Assembly (NCBI GenBank): GCA_045804645.1
Contig: JBJMMR010000047.1
Span: forward strand, 37,713 to 101,712
DNA from: Chloroflexota bacterium
Lineage (GTDB): Bacteria; Chloroflexota; Limnocylindria; Limnocylindrales; CSP1-4
Reading direction: 5' to 3'
DNA length: 64,000 nucleotides
Below, in pieces: positions 46,239 to 55,003 of this stretch (positions are counted from its first letter, which is position 1; the number at the start of each line of letters is the position of its first letter). A program made the position numbers and the translations under genes. The notes under the pieces were generated by a model. The model had not been told where the DNA came from, ran no database searches, and worked only from the letters and a program-made list of their open reading frames with translations.

Positions 46239-48251
46239 TCAGTGCCGAGCCGTCGCCCAGGGCGGGATCACGTCCGTCGGCATGCCCGGTTCGCCTGGCG
46301 CCCGAGGGCGCCGACCGCGATCACGCGCCGACCCTTCACCGGGCGGCAGCCAGGCAGCTGCCTGGGCCCGGGCCAAGGCATCGGCCGTCTCGGCGGCGCC
46401 GGCACCGGCCGCGCCGCCGACAGATGCGGCGGGCTCGGCGGCCGCTTCCTGCCCGACGGGCTGCGGGAAGAAGCCCTCGCCGGGGACCTGCCGCTCGGGC
46501 GGTGCGAAGTCTCGGAAGGGGATGATCTTGCGTTCGAACTTGTCGAGGAGCTCGGGATGTGCGCGCTCGACCTCGGCGAACACCTCTTCGAGCTCGTCGC
46601 CGATGAGCTCGTCCCGCTCGATCAACGCCTTCGCGAGGTGATGGATCGCCGCCTCCTTCTCGCGCAGGAGCCGCTCGGTCTCGGCGTACAGCTCGTCGAG
46701 CATCTCGTGCGCGGCGACGACGAACGGGGCCGGCGGGAACTGCCCCGGCTGGAGGGGGGCGATCAGCTTCGTGGGACCCATCCCGAACTGCGAGACGTAG
46801 CGGACGGCCGCCGTTGTGGCCGCCTGAAGGTCGCTCGACGGCCCGGTCGACAGCGTGTCAAGGAACCGGTTCTCGACGACGTGGCCCGCCAGCGACACCA
46901 TGATCTGCGTCTCGATCCAGCGCGCGTACAGGGACGTCCGCTCTTCGAGTGGCTTCTGTTGCACGTAGCCGAGCGCGTGGCCGCGGCGGATGATCGTGGC
47001 CTTCGAGATCCGGTACGACGGTCGCAGGTAGCGCGCCGCGACGGCATGCCCTGACTCGTGATACGCCGTCTCGCGGCGGTCGGTGAGGTTCCACGAGCGG
47101 ATCGGCTGCTTGAGGCCCATCGTCCGCTCATCGGCCGCGTCGAGCCAATCCTTGTAAGTGAGGTAATCGCGACCCACCTCGTGGGCCTTGATGAGGGCCT
47201 CGTTGATGATCGTCTTGATCATGATCGGAGTCCAGCCCATCGAGTCGGTCAACAGCAGCTCCATCGGGATATCCGGGTCGTGCTGCTTCTTCGACAGGTA
47301 GTGAGTGATGATGTCGCGGCGGCCCTCGGCGTCGGGCTCGTGGACGACGATCATCCGGTCGAGTCGACCGGGCCGGATCAAAGCCGGGTCGAGCACCTCA
47401 GGCCGGTTCGTCGCACCGATGATGAACACGAGCGGCTTGTCGGCGACGGGTCCGCGGACGATGCCGAACCAGCGCAGGATCTTGTAGCGCCAGCGGTCCT
47501 CGACGAGGTTCGCCAGCGAGTCCATCTGGTTGAGGAGGGTGTTCAGCCCCTGGCCGCCACCCATCATCATCCCGCCCATCATCATGCCGCCGCTGCTCTG
47601 GCCGCCGCGGTTCATGCCGATGGAGTCGATCTCGTCCATGAACACGATGCATGCCCCGCGCTGACCGTCCGGGGCGTACTTCCGGCCGAGCCCGCGGGCG
47701 TCGCGGAAGAGCTTCATGATCATCATCTCGGTCATGCCCCAGAACATGCCGCGGATCGAGCTCGCATCGATGTAGATGAACGGCAGTCCGGCCTCCGCGG
47801 CGATCACCGCCGCCAGGAACGTCTTGCCCGTCCCAGGGGCGCCCGACAGGAGCATGCCTCGCGGCATCTCGCCGCCCCGCAGCTCGAACTCCTTGACGCC
47901 GCGGAGGATGCCGACGGTCGTCTTCGCGTGTTCGAGCAGATCGGGCTGACCGCGATAGTCGGCGAATGACATCCCGATCTGCGGGTCGTCCGGCGTCACG
48001 GTGTACTTGCGAGGGCGCGACAGGAACCAGAACAGGAAGCCGAACTGGACGATCAGGTAGAACGCCGCGAACGACAGCTGGAGGGCGAAGGCCGGGATCG
48101 ACGCGATGATCCCGAAGACGCTCTGGATGAACGCGACGGTGCCGCTCGACGCGATGACCGCCGTGAGCACGAGCAGGACGAGAAGCAGTCGCCACAGGTT
48201 CCGGTTCCACACGAAACCCAGGTGGCCGAAGAACCCGCGGACAGCCGTCAT
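46239..48251 (-). CDS. divergent FtsH-family AAA+ zinc metalloprotease
   Basis: Walker A GAPGTGKT, Walker B VFMDEID, GATNRPEVLD, the arginine-finger region RPGRLD and the zinc site HESGHAV. The N-terminal TM segments are contiguous, leaving no ectodomain. Confidence 0.9.
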   Translation of the reverse strand: MTAVRGFFGHLGFVWNRNLWRLLLVLLVLTAVIASSGTVAFIQSVFGIIASIPAFALQLSFAAFYLIVQFGFLFWFLSRPRKYTVTPDDPQIGMSFADYRGQPDLLEHAKTTVGILRGVKEFELRGGEMPRGMLLSGAPGTGKTFLAAVIAAEAGLPFIYIDASSIRGMFWGMTEMMIMKLFRDARGLGRKYAPDGQRGACIVFMDEIDSIGMNRGGQSSGGMMMGGMMMGGGQGLNTLLNQMDSLANLVEDRWRYKILRWFGIVRGPVADKPLVFIIGATNRPEVLDPALIRPGRLDRMIVVHEPDAEGRRDIITHYLSKKQHDPDIPMELLLTDSMGWTPIMIKTIINEALIKAHEVGRDYLTYKDWLDAADERTMGLKQPIRSWNLTDRRETAYHESGHAVAARYLRPSYRISKATIIRRGHALGYVQQKPLEERTSLYARWIETQIMVSLAGHVVENRFLDTLSTGPSSDLQAATTAAVRYVSQFGMGPTKLIAPLQPGQFPPAPFVVAAHEMLDELYAETERLLREKEAAIHHLAKALIERDELIGDELEEVFAEVERAHPELLDKFERKIIPFRDFAPPERQVPGEGFFPQPVGQEAAAEPAASVGGAAGAGAAETADALARAQAAAWLPPGEGSARDRGRRPRAPGEPGMPTDVIPPWATARH

Positions 48252-49084
48252 CGGAAACCCTCGATCTTTCCGTCATTCACCAGGATGACTAGGTTGATCG
48301 CAAACGGGATGCCATCCTCCCGTTGGTAGTGCATCAGGATCTCAGTAGCGGAGCGCTTCCCGTCGACCGAGGTGCCGAGCACATCGACCGAATCGACGTG
48401 CTGGACACCGTACTTCGTCATCTCATTCGTGAGGTCGATGTGCGGGTCGTGATCGAGCGACGAACGGATCGCGTCGGCGTCGTTCACGGCAAGCGCGGCG
48501 ATGAACTCCTTGGCCGCGGGTGGCGCATCCTGAGCGGTCACCCCGGGGTCGCTCGCGAGCCCGGTTGGTGCCGGGTGCGTCGCGAGGAATACGTAGTTGC
48601 CGATGGCGACACCGCCGACGAACAGGACCACGCCGATGACGACGGTCAGCACCGCCTTGACCGCGCCGCCGAGCCGCCGGCGGCGAGCCATCCGGCGCTC
48701 GGCCTTCGCGTCGGCCGCGTCCTGTGCGGCCTTGGCTTCCGCTACCGCCGGATCGCTCGCGGCATCGATCGTCGCCAACGCCTCGGCGGTCGTATCGGCA
48801 GTCTGTGTGTCGGTGGTCACGACGCCCGCTTCAGCTGCGACCGGATCGTCCGGGGCGAGCGTGTCGGTCGGTGTCACGCCTTCTGCGCCGGTGGGCCCGG
48901 CGGCAGCGTCCGGGGCGGCAGCGGGGGTGGCCTCCGGAGTGAGTGAGCCGTCGGGGTTCGGGACGGGTTCGTCGACGCCCGGCGGCAGGATCTCATCGGG
49001 CGCGGGAGCGGCTGGTTTCGTGGCTGCGCCCTGGGAGGCGGGTGCCTCCTCGTCCTCGGGACGGCGAGCTGGCTCGGCCGTCAT
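48248..49084 (-). CDS. single-pass membrane protein: acidic disordered N-terminus plus ~110-aa extracytoplasmic domain
   Basis: ATGA overlaps at both ends. An RRMARRRR stop-transfer stretch precedes the TM. The C-terminal domain is paralogous to that of the upstream gene. Confidence 0.7.
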   Translation of the reverse strand: MTAEPARRPEDEEAPASQGAATKPAAPAPDEILPPGVDEPVPNPDGSLTPEATPAAAPDAAAGPTGAEGVTPTDTLAPDDPVAAEAGVVTTDTQTADTTAEALATIDAASDPAVAEAKAAQDAADAKAERRMARRRRLGGAVKAVLTVVIGVVLFVGGVAIGNYVFLATHPAPTGLASDPGVTAQDAPPAAKEFIAALAVNDADAIRSSLDHDPHIDLTNEMTKYGVQHVDSVDVLGTSVDGKRSATEILMHYQREDGIPFAINLVILVNDGKIEGFR

Positions 49085-49521
49085 GGCGTCTGCACCGACG
49101 GCGGCGGGTCGATCAGCTCGACGCGCCCGGCCTGCGTCGCGACGCGCCACGCGAGTTGGCCGTCCGCACCGGAATTGTCGACGACGTGCGATGAATACGC
49201 GTGGAGCGACAGCCCCTGACCGACGACCCACGATCCGAGGTGGACGGGCGGGTCGACCTTGACGTACTCGGCCTTGACGCGCGCCGACTTCGCCTTCACC
49301 GCGGCCGACACACCGAGCAGGTCGAGCGTGCTCTGATCGTCGGCGACGTACGCCGTGATGAACTGCCGCGCGACGGGGGATTCCGCGGTCCGCGACTGCG
49401 TTTCGGGCTTGGGCGTGAGGTCCTGCGTGATCGTGGGCACGAGGAAGCCGATCAGGCCCCCGATCGCGAGCGTGGCCGCCGCCCGACCCAGGCGGCGTCT
49501 CCAGACCCCTCGTCGACGCAT
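49081..49521 (-). CDS. single-pass membrane protein with ~110-aa extracytoplasmic domain
   Basis: Start MRRRGVWRRRLGR followed by a TM helix. The C-terminal domain aligns with the product of 48248-49084. Confidence 0.65.
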   Translation of the reverse strand: MRRRGVWRRRLGRAAATLAIGGLIGFLVPTITQDLTPKPETQSRTAESPVARQFITAYVADDQSTLDLLGVSAAVKAKSARVKAEYVKVDPPVHLGSWVVGQGLSLHAYSSHVVDNSGADGQLAWRVATQAGRVELIDPPPSVQTP

Positions 49522-49650
49522 CGATCCTCCGTTCCAGGTGAACGTGTGCCGGGCAGTGTAGTGCCGATTTCGTGCACGCGGCGAAAACGACGTGCGCTGC
49601 TGCAACACAGGATTCGTCGCGAGCGACGGGTTCGGATGCCCGATCCGCCC

Positions 49651-50688
49651 TTATCGCGTGCGCGTCACCTTGTTCAGGTTGCGTGGTCGTTCCGGGTCCA
49701 CGCCGCGTGCGCCCGCCAGGTACATCGCGTGAAGCTGCCCGACCACGATCGAGACGATCGGGCCGAGCCATTCGGGCGTTCCGGTGGCCAACGCGAACGG
49801 CCAGCGTGCGATCGCCAGCGCCTCCGGCTGATCCGACACCACCGCGATGTCGGCGTCGAGCTCGTCCCGCAGCCGTCGAAGCAGCTCCACGAGCGACGCG
49901 GCTGTCGGCCCGGGTCGGACGGTCGCGAGGACCGGCACGCCGGGCTCGAGCAAGGCGAGCGGTCCGTGCTCGAAATCGGCCGCCGAGTACGGGTCGGCGA
50001 AGACACGCGCCAGCTCCTTGAGCTTCAACGCCCACTCGCGCGCGGTCGCGTACTCGAAGCCGCGCGCAAGCACCAGCAGTCGATCGGCTGCCGCCTGGTC
50101 GCGCGCCATCCCCTCGACCGCGGACTCGAGCTCGAGCGTGGACGCCATCGCGTCCGGGATCGCGGTGAGCGCGGCGGCGTCGGCCGGGTCGCCGGACAGC
50201 GCAGCGGACAGCGACGCGATGGCCAACAGCTCCGTCGTGTAGGTCTTGGTCGCCGCGATCGCGATCTCCGGTCCCGCCCCGAGATCGATGCAGGTCGCCG
50301 CCGCAAGCGCCAGCGGCGAGGCTGCATCGTTGGTGATCGCGACGGTCGGGGCGCCCTGCGATCGGCCGGCTGCGACGACCGCGACGACGTCAGGGGAGGC
50401 GCCGGACTGGCTGATGCCGATGACCAGCGACCGATCGAGTCGCGGCTGCGCGCCGTACAGCGAGATGACCGACGGCGTGCCGAGCCCGACCGACAGCGCG
50501 TGACGGACCCCAAGGACGTACTGCGCGTAGATCGCGGCGTGGTCGCTCGTGCCGCGGGCCGCGATGACGACGTGATCGACCTCATGCGCGCGGATCGCGT
50601 CAGCCAACGGTCCGACGACGTCCGGGGCCCTTGCGAGGAACCGCCGCGCGACCTCGGGCTGCTCGAGGATCTCGCCGCGGAGCGTCAT
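49651..50688 (-). CDS. tandem SIS-domain protein (GlmS isomerase-domain/FrlB/AgaS-like)
   Basis: Two SIS repeats (ARGTSDHAA, GISQSGASPDVV, IAIAATKTYT). The ATG overlaps the upstream stop (ATGA). Confidence 0.85.
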   Translation of the reverse strand: MTLRGEILEQPEVARRFLARAPDVVGPLADAIRAHEVDHVVIAARGTSDHAAIYAQYVLGVRHALSVGLGTPSVISLYGAQPRLDRSLVIGISQSGASPDVVAVVAAGRSQGAPTVAITNDAASPLALAAATCIDLGAGPEIAIAATKTYTTELLAIASLSAALSGDPADAAALTAIPDAMASTLELESAVEGMARDQAAADRLLVLARGFEYATAREWALKLKELARVFADPYSAADFEHGPLALLEPGVPVLATVRPGPTAASLVELLRRLRDELDADIAVVSDQPEALAIARWPFALATGTPEWLGPIVSIVVGQLHAMYLAGARGVDPERPRNLNKVTRTR

Positions 50689-51176
50689 ACCGCGACGGGC
50701 AGGCGGCCCGGCGCAGTGGCCCCGTCGAGCACGGCGGTGAACGCCTCGAGCGAGCCCGGCAGGATCGAGTACGTGGCGAGGGCAGTCACGCTGGCCGGCA
50801 CCGCCGCCACATCCCACGGCCCGCGCATCGCGACGACGATCGTCGGCGTGCCGGTCGCGACGACCGCCTCGACCAGGTCGAGCTGCGAGCGCAGTCGATG
50901 TGCATCGATCGTCCCGATGACGGCGAGGTCAGCCGCCTCGGCTCGCGCGACGACGGCGGCGATCGACGCCTGGTCGGGTTCGGGTTCGACGATCACCTCG
51001 TCCACGTCGCCATGGTATCGACGGAGGGCGGCCGCGAGCGCCGGTCGGACCGTCGACGACGTGTCGGCCGGCGTCAGGTCGGTCGGTCGTGGCATGACCG
51101 CGAAGACGCGACCGATGGACGACCACCGGACCGGCAGCAGCCCACCCGGAGGCAGCCATGGCCGAGGCTTTGTCAA
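50685..51176 (-). CDS. stand-alone glycoside hydrolase family 3 C-terminal-domain-like protein (possible remnant)
   Basis: GH3 C-terminal pattern (PTIVVAMRGPWD, ALATYS, AVLDGATAPGRLPV), but no catalytic N-terminal barrel is encoded upstream. The start is uncertain (TTG 51176 or ATG 51095). Confidence 0.55.
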   Translation of the reverse strand: MTKPRPWLPPGGLLPVRWSSIGRVFAVMPRPTDLTPADTSSTVRPALAAALRRYHGDVDEVIVEPEPDQASIAAVVARAEAADLAVIGTIDAHRLRSQLDLVEAVVATGTPTIVVAMRGPWDVAAVPASVTALATYSILPGSLEAFTAVLDGATAPGRLPVAV

Positions 51177-51255
51177 TAGTCCGGACTAAGTAGGCAATCT
51201 TGCCGCGGGCGCCCGGTTTGGCGCGGCCAGCCGGGTCAAGCGGGGATTTGTACCG

Positions 51256-51780
51256 CTATGCCGGCACCAGGTCGGGCTCGATCTCCGCCATCTCCGGCGC
51301 GACGGGGACCCGTAACGTGCCAGGCGCCTCGGCGAAACGATGCAGCTCGAGGTATTGGAACCCGAGGTGGACCATCAACTGCCGGGCGATCCGCGCGATG
51401 TCGTCGACGACCAGCGGCGAAACCAGCATCGGCTCGTCGAGTTCATACACGACCTCGCCGAGCTGCAGCCGGCACCGTCCAGCGGTCAGCACATTCCGGG
51501 CCCATTGGGACTCGAGCCCGAGCGGGACGACGATCCGGAACCCGTTTGCGGTCTGGACGGGGTGGACAGGCGAGACCCGGACGATCCCGGACTTCCTGCC
51601 GACGTGTTCGATGAGACCGATCTCGCCTTCCGACTTGTCGATCAAGCCTTGACGGACCAGCCACGGGTCGACGACCCGGTTGACCCACGCGGTTCCGAAC
51701 CGCGGGTGCCTTCGCCAATACGCCGCCGCGCCGAGGACGAAGCTGCCGAGGATCCCGAGGGCGAGCAGTGTTTTGCGCAT
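51256..51780 (-). CDS. deazaflavin-dependent nitroreductase (DDN/PF04075)-like split-barrel protein with an N-terminal TM
   Basis: The ATG follows GGAGGCAACC. The core GRKSGIVRVSPV...IVVPLGLESQWARNVLTAG resembles the Ddn-type GRKTG...NPMWYLNL pattern. Confidence 0.6.
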   Translation of the reverse strand: MRKTLLALGILGSFVLGAAAYWRRHPRFGTAWVNRVVDPWLVRQGLIDKSEGEIGLIEHVGRKSGIVRVSPVHPVQTANGFRIVVPLGLESQWARNVLTAGRCRLQLGEVVYELDEPMLVSPLVVDDIARIARQLMVHLGFQYLELHRFAEAPGTLRVPVAPEMAEIEPDLVPA

Positions 51781-52035
51781 GGTTGCCTCCTTCGCGAACC
51801 CAGCATCGCCAATGGAGCTATCAGGCGACGAGTGCCGAACGTCACCGATCCCTGCATGCCGCCCGTCATCCGGGCGGACCCGCGGCGCGCAGCCATCACA
51901 CAAGATGCATCCAGCGCATACGTCCGTGATCGGCGACGCCGCATGCGCGGGGTGCATGTTGATCAAGTGCCTCTTGGCGCTCCAGCCCTCGACCACAGCG
52001 GGGTCGTATGGGGACCGGGAAGCCGCGCAGGGCGA

Positions 52036-52758
52036 CTACCCTCGCCGCCGCTCCAGCATCCGCTCGAACGTTCGTGCGTTCGCCACCGCGCAGGCCCGGT
52101 GGTCGTTGTTGAAGTAGACGTAGCCGACGGTCGCGCCACCGAGTCGATCGACCCAGGAACGGAGGGCGCCTCTGCCGTAGCACGGCCGGGGAACTGCCCT
52201 CCCCTCATGTAGCCGCACGTACGTCCATGACGCGGGGGACCAGAGCGGCGTGATCGGCCGGGATCGTCGGTCGGCCATGACGAACGCCGCGTCGTGCCGG
52301 CGAAGGACGTCGCACAATGCCGGCACGAACCAGCTCTTGTGGCGGGGCTCGACCCCCACCCGCACGTCGCGGCCGAAGGCCTCCAGCGTCCGTTCGAGTC
52401 GGTCGAAGTCGACCTCCATCGACGGCGGCAACTGCAGCAGGACCGGCCCGAGTCGATCGCCCAGGATCGAGGCCCGCTCCATCATGAAGTCGACGGACCC
52501 CTGCGGGTCGGTGAGCCGCTTGATGTGTGTCAGGTATCGACTCGCCTTCACCGCGAAGATGAACCCGTCCGGCACGGCGTCACGCCAGCCCGCGAACGCC
52601 GAGGCGGCTGGCATCCTGTAGAAGGTGACGTTCAGCTCGACCGTCGCGAAGTGCTCGGCGTAGAAAGCGAGTCGGTCACCGCCCTTGATGAAGCGCGGGT
52701 AGAACGGGCCGCGCCAGTCCTTGTAGTCGAAACCGGATGTCCCGACGAGGATCGCCAT
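52036..52758 (-). CDS. DUF72 domain protein
   Basis: Typical DUF72 start ILVGTSGFDYKDW and the motifs ELNVTFYR and VLLQLPPS. Confidence 0.85.
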   Translation of the reverse strand: MAILVGTSGFDYKDWRGPFYPRFIKGGDRLAFYAEHFATVELNVTFYRMPAASAFAGWRDAVPDGFIFAVKASRYLTHIKRLTDPQGSVDFMMERASILGDRLGPVLLQLPPSMEVDFDRLERTLEAFGRDVRVGVEPRHKSWFVPALCDVLRRHDAAFVMADRRSRPITPLWSPASWTYVRLHEGRAVPRPCYGRGALRSWVDRLGGATVGYVYFNNDHRACAVANARTFERMLERRRG

Positions 52759-52891
52759 GGTGGCGAGCCTCGACCCAGGAGCGCTACGGCTGCGACCTCG
52801 TCCCGCCGTCACGTGTTGCGCGGACGTACGGCGGAGGCACCGGCGGGTACGGTGGCCGGACGCGACAGCCTCGGATGCGATCCCAGAACAA

Positions 52892-53896
52892 TCAGTCGAG
52901 TGGGATGGTCCCGACGGCGATGAGACAGGCGAGGTCACGCGTGGCGTCGTGGAGCGACCAGGCCAGCCGGCCGGCGCCTGCCGACGACGGGACCTCCGCG
53001 ATGAGCGGTGCTCCGAGCTCGACCAACGCCGCCCGCGCCGTGTCCTCCGCGTCAGCGTCCGCGAGGCCGAGGCCGATCGCCGCCAGGCCCTCACCCGCGC
53101 GCTCGAGGACGTCGCGCCACGGGCCGACGGCGTCGGGCTCCACGACCTCGAAGCGAACGTCGCCGACGAGCGCCGCGGCGAGTTTCGCGCGGGCCGAGCG
53201 CGGGCGGTCATCCGCGAGTCGCCTGGACCGCCACGGGCCCCACCCGAACGCCTCGCGGTAGGCAGCGACGGCCGACTCGAGATCACGCACGACCAACGTC
53301 ACCGACGTGATCGCGTACTCAAGGCCCGTCGTCGGCGACGGTCCGGGCTCGGCGCCGTCGTGCGGGACGACGGAAGCCGGGCGGACGAAATCGATCGCAT
53401 GCCCGCTGCCCGACTCGATCAGACAACCGAAGCGGGCCTCCGTGTCCAGGTAGTAGTACTCGATGTGATCGCCGATGTCGGCCTTCATCGTGACCGGGAT
53501 CCCGTAGCGGTCCTTGAAGGCAGCCTTCACCGCATCGCCGTCGACGCGCTCGTGGAACATGGTCGCGATCGACGCGATGCCCGGTCCCCGGCGATCGATG
53601 AACTCGGTCCACAGGTTCGGCCCCTCCAGCGGCTGCAGGAGCTCGAAGTTGACAGACCCGACATAGACCTCCGCGCCTCGAAGCGCGTAGTGGACCGACT
53701 CGCCCCGCAACATCGTGGCGTGGTGGACCGGCGGCACGTGGTCGAACACTTGCCACGGCGCCCATCCGAAGGCCCGGTGATAACGCTCCATCAGGGCATC
53801 AAGGTCCGTGACAGCGAGAGAGATCTGCGTGATCGGGTAGGGCAACCCTGCGAGACCGACGGGCAGCGGCGCCGTGTCGCTCATCCCTGCTGCCAT
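52892..53896 (-). CDS. tandem VOC (glyoxalase/dioxygenase) family protein
   Basis: Repeated beta-alpha-beta-beta-beta modules (ITQISLAVTDLDALMERY..., ITSVTLVVRDLESAVAAY...). Start at ATG 53896 or 53884. Confidence 0.7.
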   Translation of the reverse strand: MAAGMSDTAPLPVGLAGLPYPITQISLAVTDLDALMERYHRAFGWAPWQVFDHVPPVHHATMLRGESVHYALRGAEVYVGSVNFELLQPLEGPNLWTEFIDRRGPGIASIATMFHERVDGDAVKAAFKDRYGIPVTMKADIGDHIEYYYLDTEARFGCLIESGSGHAIDFVRPASVVPHDGAEPGPSPTTGLEYAITSVTLVVRDLESAVAAYREAFGWGPWRSRRLADDRPRSARAKLAAALVGDVRFEVVEPDAVGPWRDVLERAGEGLAAIGLGLADADAEDTARAALVELGAPLIAEVPSSAGAGRLAWSLHDATRDLACLIAVGTIPLD

Positions 53897-53900
53897 CCGC

Positions 53901-54998
53901 TCATGTCTGAGGACCCGTGCATCGGACGATCGATAGCGGTGCTCGGTCCGCGACGACCTCGTATGGCAGCGCCGCCGCCGTGGCGAACGTCTGGCCGCGG
54001 GTGACCGCGAACCGCCCGAACTCTCCCTCCAACCAGCCGTCGCCCCCGACGACGATGCCGATGGCGAACCGTCCATCATCGACGTCGATCCGGTCCGCGA
54101 CGTCGAGACGCGTCGCGTCGAAGAAGGGCAGCACGCGGTCGTCGAACAGGCGGGTCTCGCGGTTCTCGCCCTGCTCACGGAGCGTGGTCGGCCGCTGGAG
54201 CGCCCGGGCGAACGTCTCCTCGGCCGTGTGGGTGCCATAGTCGATCATGTCGAGGGCGAGGTCCCAACCCAGACCCATCGTCGCGCCCGCGTCGCCGTCA
54301 CCGTCCGTCTCCGGGATGACGATGTGGTCGGACGGCTCCTGGACCTCGATGAACGAGATCCGCGGCCCAAGGAAATGCGGCACTCCGGCATGGGCCACGT
54401 ACACCTGGCCCGGTTCGATCTGCGTCCGGTGTAGCGATGACCGGAGCGCGGCCCGATCACGGGCGTCCACCGCCTCGCGGAACCATTCCCGGGTGACGCC
54501 TTCGTGGAACCCGATGCCGGCGTAGGCGGGCTCGTCACCATCGCCTGGCGTGTCGAGCAGGATCCAGGCCTCTGTCTTGCCGAACGGCGATGCGAGATGG
54601 CGTGCCGCCCATTCGCGAGTCGGATGCGCGTGCAGTGGGACCTGACCGGCCGGCGACAACAACTTCACGAGGACTCCCGTGATCGGTCCCCATCGGCTCG
54701 CGAAGGCGTCACCAACCATCACCTCCGGGAACGCCTCGACGATGCTCGTGAGCGACACGGTCCCCAGTCCGGGTACGTCGACGTGGCTCAGTCCTTGCGC
54801 TCGACCGTCCGGATCGTCATTCGCCGCACGCGTCACGGAGCCGACCCAGTCCTCGGACCACCAGTCGTCGGGCCGATCAGGTAGACCGCGGAACTGCCGC
54901 GTCAGTGAGCCGCCCTCGTAGAAGCGATAGAGCGGGTGGTACGGCAGCGGCAAGGGCCGCCGGATCGCCGCCTCGATCGCCCCGCGCGGCTCCTCCAT
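53901..54998 (-). CDS. class I mannose-6-phosphate isomerase-like cupin
   Basis: PMI type I motifs (VLVKLL...VPLHAHP, GKTEAWILL, VPHFLG). Confidence 0.75.
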   Translation of the reverse strand: MEEPRGAIEAAIRRPLPLPYHPLYRFYEGGSLTRQFRGLPDRPDDWWSEDWVGSVTRAANDDPDGRAQGLSHVDVPGLGTVSLTSIVEAFPEVMVGDAFASRWGPITGVLVKLLSPAGQVPLHAHPTREWAARHLASPFGKTEAWILLDTPGDGDEPAYAGIGFHEGVTREWFREAVDARDRAALRSSLHRTQIEPGQVYVAHAGVPHFLGPRISFIEVQEPSDHIVIPETDGDGDAGATMGLGWDLALDMIDYGTHTAEETFARALQRPTTLREQGENRETRLFDDRVLPFFDATRLDVADRIDVDDGRFAIGIVVGGDGWLEGEFGRFAVTRGQTFATAAALPYEVVADRAPLSIVRCTGPQT

Positions 54999-55003
54999 AT
55001 CGG

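Noticed and set aside
51781-52035. Clustered ATGCAT/GCATGC-like short palindromes in the AT-richer region upstream of the DDN-like gene as an operator.
   Set aside because: The half-sites do not form a consistent inverted or direct repeat of useful length. This is probably just promoter-region composition.
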